Source: Candidatus Brocadiia bacterium (GTDB taxonomy: Bacteria; Planctomycetota; Brocadiia; CAIUPP01). From it: 64,000 bases of DNA. Each line of letters starts with the position of its first letter. Position 1 is the first letter of the stretch. The notes under the pieces are model-generated. The model was given only the letters and a program-made list of their open reading frames with translations, made no database searches and was not told the origin of the DNA. The stretch is taken from assembly GCA_050015075.1 (NCBI GenBank), contig JBEKCB010000023.1:23018-87017 (forward strand). The letters are read 5' to 3'. The position numbers and the translations under genes were made by a program. Below, piece after piece: positions 57,004 to 64,000 of this stretch.

Positions 57004-57108
57004 CTTTTTACCTCTCCCAGCCGGGATTTGCCGTACGACGGGCGGTTCACGCCCATCACGAGTTATTTCCCAAGATTATACCTTCGTCGAACGAAATGAC
57101 AACAGCGG

Positions 57109-57855
57109 CTATTCGTCAAAGTGTGTGTTGGGCAGGGCTTTTTTCAATTCCGCCAACCCGGCGGCCGTCACCTTGGTGCCGTCCAGAAGGAGCGTCTGCA
57201 GGCCCTTCATCTGCTTCAGTTGCACCAGCCCGGCGTCCGTCACTTGGGTAGCCACCAGCTCGAGCGTCCGCAGGCCTTTCATCTCCTTCAGGTATACCAG
57301 TCCGGCATCCGTGACCTGGGTATGCCACAGAACAAGCGTCTGCAGGCCTTTCATGCCCTTGAGTTGCTCCAACCCGGCATTCGTCACCCGGGTGAACGAC
57401 AAATTGAGCCACTGCAGGCCGTCCATCTTCTTCAGTTGCGCCATCCCGGCGTCGGTGACCTGGGTACCCCACAGAACGACGTCCTGCAAACCTTTCATCT
57501 TCTTCAGGTTCGCCAACCCGGCGTCCGTCACCTTAGTGCCGCCCAGGTTGAGCGTCTGGAGGCTGCTCATCTCCTTCAGTTGCGCCAGCCCGGCGTCCGT
57601 CATCCGGGTGGAGGACACGTCGAGGTACTGCAAGTCTTTCAGTTCCTTCAGGTACGCCCAGCCCGCCTCCGTCACGTACGACCCGCTCACCTTCAGCGAA
57701 CGAAGTTCCTGGTTGTCCTTCAAAGCGGCCAGGTCGGCATCCGTAGCGTTCCGGAGTATCAGCGACGTTTCCGGCGCGGGTTCCGCAGCGGCTGCTCCCA
57801 TTCCGAAACCGGCCAGCCACAGCGCCAGAATGCAGATCCACGTGCGCTTGCGCAT
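57109..57855 (-). CDS. Secreted leucine-rich repeat protein (about 8 repeats of 24 aa), paralogue of 56059-57003
   Basis: Same repeat; similar signal peptide and LKxALPNT C-cap. Confidence 0.9.
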   Translation of the reverse strand: MRKRTWICILALWLAGFGMGAAAAEPAPETSLILRNATDADLAALKDNQELRSLKVSGSYVTEAGWAYLKELKDLQYLDVSSTRMTDAGLAQLKEMSSLQTLNLGGTKVTDAGLANLKKMKGLQDVVLWGTQVTDAGMAQLKKMDGLQWLNLSFTRVTNAGLEQLKGMKGLQTLVLWHTQVTDAGLVYLKEMKGLRTLELVATQVTDAGLVQLKQMKGLQTLLLDGTKVTAAGLAELKKALPNTHFDE

Positions 57856-57870
57856 CTTCCTGCCTCACTC

Positions 57871-58437
57871 TCATCTTGCGGGACGGCGGCGATTCCGTTT
57901 TCGCGCGATAAACGGCTTGTGACTCCGTTCCTCCGTCCGCGCCATCATGTAGAGCAGGTCGGAGAGGCGGTTGAGGTAAACCGGCACGCTGCGGTTCGGC
58001 ACGGCTTTGGCGCGGCGCAGCGCGACGACGAGCCGTTCCGCACGGCGCGCGACGGTCCGGCAGACATCCAGCAGCGCGGAGGTTGCGCTCTCGCCGGGGA
58101 TGAGGAAGCAGCACTCCGTGAGCTTGACTTTCCGCTCGAGCGCCGCGGTCAAGGCTTCCAGCCGCTTCACGTAAGCGTCATCCACGCGAAGCTCCAGCCG
58201 CCGCAGGTTCCGCGGCAGGGTGATCAGCTCCGAGCTCACGATGAAAATGTCTCGCTGCATCGCATGGATCGCCTGCCGGGTCTTCTTGTCGCGGATGGAC
58301 GCCTTCGCCAGGCCGAGGAGCGAGTTCAGCTCATCGAGCGTGCCGACCGCGTGAATGCGCAGGTCGTCCTTCCGCACGCGTCCGCCGAAGAGCAGGTCCG
58401 TCCACCCGCCATCTCCGCGCTTGGTCGTAACGCTCAT
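57871..58437 (-). CDS. pduO: PduO-type cob(I)alamin adenosyltransferase
   Basis: TKRGDGG.T, GTLDELNS, F.IPG, RTVARRAER, YLNRLSD. Confidence 0.9.
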   Translation of the reverse strand: MSVTTKRGDGGWTDLLFGGRVRKDDLRIHAVGTLDELNSLLGLAKASIRDKKTRQAIHAMQRDIFIVSSELITLPRNLRRLELRVDDAYVKRLEALTAALERKVKLTECCFLIPGESATSALLDVCRTVARRAERLVVALRRAKAVPNRSVPVYLNRLSDLLYMMARTEERSHKPFIARKRNRRRPAR

Positions 58438-58494
58438 AGTCGTTTCCTCGCTAAGCGTTCGGCAGTCCCAATGATACCATAAAGTATTCGGCTT

Positions 58495-58539
58495 TCGGCA
58501 ATCCGCCTTCGCGGAGGCTACGGCGGACAAGTCGGCAAT
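58495..58539. repeat. Small REP-like hairpin flanked by 8-bp direct repeats
   Basis: TCGGCAAT-ccgccttcgcggaggctacggcggacaag-TCGGCAAT. Confidence 0.7.
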
Positions 58540-58616
58540 ATGGTTGACTGTTCCGCCCCGACCGAATAGCATGGAGCCGTGGATGTTCGGACGGATGGAC
58601 CTCCGAGGGATTCCCT

Positions 58617-60443
58617 GTGCCTCCTGAAGCGGCTTTGCCCGCCTTTCTGCCCATGACGCCGGACGAGGCGAAGGAGCGCGGCTGGGACGAGCTGGATGTG
58701 ATCATCGTTACCGGCGACGCCTACGTGGACCATTCCTCCTTCGCGCCGGCATGGCTGGGACGGATGCTCGAGGCGAAACGGTTCCGCGTCGGCATTCTCT
58801 CGCGGCCGCGGGCCGACCATGTCGAGGACATCGCGCGGCTCGGCAAGCCGCGGTTGTTCTTCGCGGTCGCGGCCGGCTCGGTGGACTCGATGGTCAACAA
58901 TTACACGGCGCTGAAGCGGCCGCGGCGCGAGGACGACTACGCGCCCGGCGGCATCGGCGGCGGCCGGCCGAACCGCTCGGTGATCGCGTACTGCAACATG
59001 ATCAGGCGCGTCTTCGGCGGGTCGGTGGGAATCCTCGCCGGCGGCATCGAAGCGTCGCTGCGCCGGTTCGCGCATTACGATTTCTGGGACGACGCCGTCC
59101 GGCGCCCGATCATCCTCGACGCGCCCGCCGACGCGATCGTGTACGGCATGGGAGAGCTGCCGCTCGAGGAGATCGCTCAGGCGATGCGCTCCCGGATGTC
59201 CCGCGACAGCGCGGACGCGACGCCTTCCGAGGCGCTTGGCGCCGTCGCCCGGGGCGTGCGCGGCGTCGTCTACCGGACCGCGGCGTCCACGCCCGCGCCG
59301 GCCGGCTATCACGCGCTGCCTTCCTTCGAAGAGGTCCGCTCCAAGCCGCACGCGCAGGTCCGCGCCTTCCAGCAGGAAATCGAGTCGCGCGAGACCGGCC
59401 TCTGCCAGGAATGCGCCGGATATCGCGTCGTGGCGAACCCGCCTGCGCGGGCGCTGACCACCGCGGAGATGGACTCGCTCTACTCGATGCGTTTCCGGCG
59501 GCAGGCGCACCCGTCGTACCGCGAGCGCGTCCCCGCGCTCGAGCAGGTGCAGTTCTCCATCACCAGCCACCGCGGCTGCTTCGGCGGCTGCGCGTTCTGC
59601 GGCATCTACACGCACCAGGGCAAGGCCGTGCAGAGCCGCTCGCGCAACTCGATCCTGCTCGAGGTGAAGCAGATCGTCCGCCACCCTGAGTTCAAAGGCA
59701 CCATCCGCGACATCGGCGGGCCGTCGGCGAACATGTGGATGCTCGGCTGCAAACACGGCGCGCCGTGCGCCAAGCCGAGCTGCCTGGCCCCGCGCATGTG
59801 CCGAAACCTGAACGCGGACGGCCTGCCATATCTGGAGTTGCTCGCGGCGGCGCGAAAGATCAAGGGCGTCAAGCACCTGTTCGTGACGACCGGCGTGCGG
59901 ATGGACCTGGCGCTGGCGTGCGACCCGTTCGTCGAGGCGTTCGCCGAGCACTACACCAGCGGCCACGCGAAGGTCGCGCCCGAGCACGTCGTTCCGGCCG
60001 TCCTGCAACTGATGATGAAGCCGGAGGGCGAACTGTTTGTGCGGTTCCTGGAAAAATTCCGCCGCGCCTCCGCGAAAGCCGGCAAGGAGCAGTACGTCCT
60101 GCCGTACCTCATCGCCGCGCACCCCGGTTCCAGGCTGCAGGACATGCTCGAAGTCGCGCTCTACTTGCAGCGCGAGCGCCTGCGCGTGGAGCAGTGCCAG
60201 GTCTTCATCCCGCTGCCGGGCACCGCCAGCGCGGTGATGTATGCGACGGGCATCAGCCCGTTTACCGGCGAGCGCGTCTTCGTCGAGCGCGACCCGCGCC
60301 GCCGCGAGATGCAGAAAGCCCTCGTGCTCTATCATCTGCCGGAGAGCCGCAAGCTCATCCTCGAAGCGCTGGACATCTGCGGCCGTCCCGAGTTGGCGCG
60401 ATCCCTGGTCCCGCCGAAGCCGACCCGGAGGCCGCGCCGGTAA
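58617..60443 (+). CDS. ygiQ: YgiQ-family radical SAM protein
   Basis: FLP..GWDELD..GDAYVDH, DSMVNNYT, RGCFGGCAFC, KVAPEH, PYLIAAHPG. Confidence 0.92.
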   Translation: MPPEAALPAFLPMTPDEAKERGWDELDVIIVTGDAYVDHSSFAPAWLGRMLEAKRFRVGILSRPRADHVEDIARLGKPRLFFAVAAGSVDSMVNNYTALKRPRREDDYAPGGIGGGRPNRSVIAYCNMIRRVFGGSVGILAGGIEASLRRFAHYDFWDDAVRRPIILDAPADAIVYGMGELPLEEIAQAMRSRMSRDSADATPSEALGAVARGVRGVVYRTAASTPAPAGYHALPSFEEVRSKPHAQVRAFQQEIESRETGLCQECAGYRVVANPPARALTTAEMDSLYSMRFRRQAHPSYRERVPALEQVQFSITSHRGCFGGCAFCGIYTHQGKAVQSRSRNSILLEVKQIVRHPEFKGTIRDIGGPSANMWMLGCKHGAPCAKPSCLAPRMCRNLNADGLPYLELLAAARKIKGVKHLFVTTGVRMDLALACDPFVEAFAEHYTSGHAKVAPEHVVPAVLQLMMKPEGELFVRFLEKFRRASAKAGKEQYVLPYLIAAHPGSRLQDMLEVALYLQRERLRVEQCQVFIPLPGTASAVMYATGISPFTGERVFVERDPRRREMQKALVLYHLPESRKLILEALDICGRPELARSLVPPKPTRRPRR

Positions 60444-62194
60444 TGTCAAATAATGACCTTCGGCAGCCGGCAATCGGCAATCGGCATTTTTTTGCCGTGC
60501 TGATCGCCGTCGCGATTCTCGGATATCTCGTCCTGCCCGGCTTGCGCTGGGGCCTTCCGTCCGAGGAGCGGAACGTTCTGACGTTCGGCGCGGACCGCAG
60601 CGCGTGGCGCGCGCCGCCGATCTCCGAGCGCGAAAAAGATTCGCCGTGGGTGTACTACCCGAACTACCTGAGCGGCGGGCCGAAGCGCACCGGCGCCTCG
60701 CCGCGGAGCGCGTTCAATCCGCTGCGCAGCTACCATCCCGACGAGTACGTTTTCCTCAAGAGCCTCAGCGCGATGAAACCATCGGCACTGAAACTCTTCC
60801 CCGGATTCTTCGGCTGGCCGGCGCTGCAGTTCTACGTCAGCGGCGTAGCGCTGAAAGTCTCATCGTGGTTCGGCGCGGTCACGCTCGTCCGCGACATGGA
60901 CTTCTACTTCCAGCATCCGGAGCAGGCGGCGCGGCTGTACGAGGTCGGGCGGATCGTCACCTTGCTCTTTGCCGCCGGATGCATCCTCCTCATTTGGCGC
61001 GCTGCGGGAAGGCTGTTCGGCGCGGCGGGCGGGACCGCGGCGGCGCTGCTGCTCGCCGCGACGCCGCTCTTCACGATCAACGCGCGCTACTGGACCGCCG
61101 ACGCGCCGATGCTGTTCTGGATTTCGCTGACGCTGCTCTTCTCGACCCACATCCTCGCGGGCGGCGGACGGCGCTGGTATGTGCTCGCCGGAATCGCCCT
61201 TGGCTTGGCCGCGGCCACGCGCTACCAGGGAGCGGCGGCTGCGTTCCTGATCGCCGCTGCTCACTGGATGCGGCCTGCCGACGCTAACGACAATTGGCGC
61301 GAAAGGACGCGTAGGTTCTTCGCTTCCAGAGACCTCTGGACCGCGGCAGCGATCTCGCTCGCGGTGTTCCTGGCGTGCAACTCGTACATCCTCGCGCGGC
61401 CGGGGCAATTCGTGCAGGAGTTCTCGGGCGAACTAAGAGGAAGCCACGGCGACTGGGCGCAGTTTGCGCTGGTTGGGAGCTTGTCCATCGCCACCGGGCT
61501 TGGGGTGATTTTCTTCTTCGCAATTTTTGCGGCCTTGCTTCTCGCGATGGTTCGGCGCGATCGGGCGATGTCGTTTGTCCTTCTCGGCTTCGGCCTGCCG
61601 GCGGTGATCCTCTTCATCGGCCGGCCGGCGATGGCGCGGTACTGGATGCCGGTCCTGCCGCTGCCGGTGCTGATGGTCGCCTGGGCGTTCGCCACGGTCC
61701 ATCGGCATGGAGTGGAACGGCGCAAGCCGGGCGCGAATGTCGTTCCGCCGATCCTGCTGGTGATCGTCCTTGCCGCGACGGGCCTGCAGTCGTTCGCTTT
61801 CGCACAGCTCTACGCCGATCCGAAGTGCGACACACGCACGCGCGCGGGCGAGTGGATCGCTAAGAGTATTCCGGCCGGAACGACGATTGGCGTGCTTTCC
61901 GAGCCGTGGCAGTTCGAGCTTCCGCCGCTCGACTCGCGAAAGCTCGTCATTCGAAACCGCGGCGACTCCGCAACGCGCGGACCGGAGGAGTTCCTCGTCA
62001 TGAGCGACCTGCAATTCGCTCCGGATGATAGATTGCAGCGCGAGAAGGAGTTCCTGTCAGGCTGCGTCGTCATCCAGCGGTTCGAGGCGTGGCCGGTCGG
62101 CCAGAGAATTGCCCTGCGGTACGGCCCGCAGGACATGCACTATGCAAATCCAGAAATTATGATCGCCGAGCGCATGTCGAAGGGCGGACGCTGA
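60443..62194 (+). CDS. GT39/ArnT-like membrane glycosyltransferase
   Basis: WGLP..HPDE loop, many TM helices, GLAAATRY, RY..P..P; TAATG coupling. Confidence 0.75.
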   Translation: MSNNDLRQPAIGNRHFFAVLIAVAILGYLVLPGLRWGLPSEERNVLTFGADRSAWRAPPISEREKDSPWVYYPNYLSGGPKRTGASPRSAFNPLRSYHPDEYVFLKSLSAMKPSALKLFPGFFGWPALQFYVSGVALKVSSWFGAVTLVRDMDFYFQHPEQAARLYEVGRIVTLLFAAGCILLIWRAAGRLFGAAGGTAAALLLAATPLFTINARYWTADAPMLFWISLTLLFSTHILAGGGRRWYVLAGIALGLAAATRYQGAAAAFLIAAAHWMRPADANDNWRERTRRFFASRDLWTAAAISLAVFLACNSYILARPGQFVQEFSGELRGSHGDWAQFALVGSLSIATGLGVIFFFAIFAALLLAMVRRDRAMSFVLLGFGLPAVILFIGRPAMARYWMPVLPLPVLMVAWAFATVHRHGVERRKPGANVVPPILLVIVLAATGLQSFAFAQLYADPKCDTRTRAGEWIAKSIPAGTTIGVLSEPWQFELPPLDSRKLVIRNRGDSATRGPEEFLVMSDLQFAPDDRLQREKEFLSGCVVIQRFEAWPVGQRIALRYGPQDMHYANPEIMIAERMSKGGR

Positions 62195-64000
62195 ATGTGC
62201 GGCATCTGCGGAATCGTCGGGCTGAACGGCGCAGCCGGCTTCGGGCAGCCGGACATCGCCCGCATGTGCGATGCGCTTGCGCATCGCGGTCCCGATGACT
62301 CGGGGTTCCAGCTCAATGATTTCAAGAGCGAGAGCGGACCGGGCCGCGTCGGACTAGGGCACCGCCGGCTGAGTATCATTGACCTCGCCAAGGGGCATCA
62401 GCCGCTCTCGAACGAAGACGGCACGGTCTGGATCGTCTTCAACGGTGAGATCTACAATTTCCAGGAGCTCCGCCCGGCGCTCATCGCGCAGGGGCATCGG
62501 TTCCGCACTGACTCCGACACGGAAGTCATCGTTCACCTCTACGAGCAGAAGGGCGCGGACTGCCTTCAGGAACTTCGCGGGATGTTCGCCTTCGCGATCT
62601 GGGATTCCTCCGCGCGCAGCCTGTTTCTCGCTCGAGACCGGATCGGGAAAAAGCCGCTGTGCTACCGCGTCGAGAAGGACCGCATCCTCTTCGCGTCGGA
62701 AATCAAGTCCATCCTCCAGGCCGGCGGCGTGCCGCGCGAACTCTCGCTCGAGGCGCTGCATCATTACCTGACCTACCAATACGTGCCGCACCCGCTGACG
62801 ATGTTCCAGGGCATCGCCAAGCTGCCGCCGGGGCATTACCTGACGTGGAAAGACGGCCGCGCGGAGGTGCGCGAGTACTGGCGCCCGACGTGCCGCCCGG
62901 AGCCGCTGAAGGAGGCGGAGTGCGTCGAGCGCGTCCGCGAACTGCTCACGGAATCCGTCCGGCTGCGCCTGATCAGCGACGTGCCGCTCGGCGCGTTCCT
63001 GAGCGGCGGGCTGGACTCGAGCATCGTCGTCGGGCTGATGGCGAAGCTCTCCAACGCGCCGGTGAAGACGTTCTCGATCGGCTTCGCCGAAAAACGGTAT
63101 GACGAGCTGGAGTACGCGCGCGCGGTGGCGCGGCATTTCAAGACCGAGCACCAGGAATTCATCGTGCGGCCGAACGCCGTCGAGATCATCCCGAAGCTCG
63201 TCTGGCATTACGACGAGCCGTTCGCGGATTCCAGCGCGATCCCGACGTACTACGTCAGCCAGATCACGCGGCAGCACGTGAAGGTGGCGCTCACCGGCGA
63301 CGCGGGCGACGAGGGCTTCGCCGGGTATCCGCGATACCGCGCAGTGAAACTGGGGCTGTGGTTCGACCGCCTGCCGGGATTCCTGCGGCGCGCGCTGGCG
63401 GGAAAATACTGGCAGCGGCTGCCGGTGTCCGTCGAGCAGAAGACAAAACGGCGCCGGCTGCGCCGCCTGTTCGAGGCGCTGGACCTGCCGCCGAAAGAGC
63501 GCTACGTGCGCTGGTGCGCAATCTTCGACGACGGGCGCAAAGCGGCGCTGTACTCGCCCGAGCTGCGCGCGGCGCTCGCGCCGGTCTCCTCCGCGAAGAT
63601 CTTCGAGGAGGAATACGCGAAGGCGCCCGACGCGGACTTCCTGGCCGCGACGATGTTCGTGGATTTCATGCGTTACCTGCCCGATGACCTGCTCTTTAAG
63701 GTGGATATCGCGAGCATGGCGCATGGGCTGGAATGCCGCGCGCCGTTCCTGGACCACAAGCTGGTGGAGTTCATCGGGCGGATCCCGACGGACCTGAAGC
63801 TGCGCGGGTTCACGACGAAGTACCTGCTGCGCCGCGCGTTCGGCGAGATGCTGCCGCCGGAAATTCTGCGACGCCCGAAGATGGGGTTCGGCGTGCCGAT
63901 CTCAGACTGGTTCCGGGGCGAGTTGCAGGGATACCTGCGCGAGACGCTGCTCGATCCAGCCACGCTCCGCCGCGGCTATTTCGCGCCGGAGTACGTCCGC
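62195..64000 (+). CDS. asnB: Asparagine synthase (glutamine-hydrolysing) family amidotransferase, truncated by the window end
   Basis: Manual translation: MCGICG, HRGPD, HRRLSIID, FNGEIYN, RDRIGKKPL, LSGGLDSS, GDAGDE, KMGFGVP. Not in the ORF track. Confidence 0.93.
   Translation, partial: MCGICGIVGLNGAAGFGQPDIARMCDALAHRGPDDSGFQLNDFKSESGPGRVGLGHRRLSIIDLAKGHQPLSNEDGTVWIVFNGEIYNFQELRPALIAQGHRFRTDSDTEVIVHLYEQKGADCLQELRGMFAFAIWDSSARSLFLARDRIGKKPLCYRVEKDRILFASEIKSILQAGGVPRELSLEALHHYLTYQYVPHPLTMFQGIAKLPPGHYLTWKDGRAEVREYWRPTCRPEPLKEAECVERVRELLTESVRLRLISDVPLGAFLSGGLDSSIVVGLMAKLSNAPVKTFSIGFAEKRYDELEYARAVARHFKTEHQEFIVRPNAVEIIPKLVWHYDEPFADSSAIPTYYVSQITRQHVKVALTGDAGDEGFAGYPRYRAVKLGLWFDRLPGFLRRALAGKYWQRLPVSVEQKTKRRRLRRLFEALDLPPKERYVRWCAIFDDGRKAALYSPELRAALAPVSSAKIFEEEYAKAPDADFLAATMFVDFMRYLPDDLLFKVDIASMAHGLECRAPFLDHKLVEFIGRIPTDLKLRGFTTKYLLRRAFGEMLPPEILRRPKMGFGVPISDWFRGELQGYLRETLLDPATLRRGYFAPEYVR

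Overview
A GC-rich bacterial chromosomal window. The gene style (tandem 24-aa LRR proteins, 'TGxVWxF' Fn3-like modules, a dnaA not linked to dnaN) suggests Planctomycetota/PVC, but this is inference. In order, it holds: a sugar-alcohol catabolic block; a sulfatase-like gene; a solitary 1280-aa type IIG-like restriction-modification fusion; trpG/pabA; an ApgM homologue that has lost its metal ligands; DnaA boxes and dnaA; a standalone ComEC-like MBL hydrolase; a two-gene cassette (PEGA lipoprotein plus PAS/coiled-coil protein) bounded by a degenerate 42-bp duplication of the mlaD 3' end; hisS-aspS-lipoprotein-mlaEFD; a GT-C membrane protein; dnaG-rpoD; accA; a nagA-like gene; a triple-CAP protein; two LRR paralogues; pduO; and ygiQ-GT39-asnB (running off the end). 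The best candidate for a new system is 38.6-57.9 kb. A consensus sigma54 promoter precedes a 1916-aa secreted protein with an apparently inactive gingipain/C25-like domain, Fn3-like modules and a CFI-box C-terminal sorting domain. A PDZ-type gspC follows it directly, and both converge on a rearranged type II secretion operon (L-M-K-D-E-F-G-H-I-J). Several different REP-like palindrome families occupy the intergenic gaps. No rRNA, tRNA, CRISPR array, integrase or transposase was seen. All calls come from motif recognition by eye; no searches were run.
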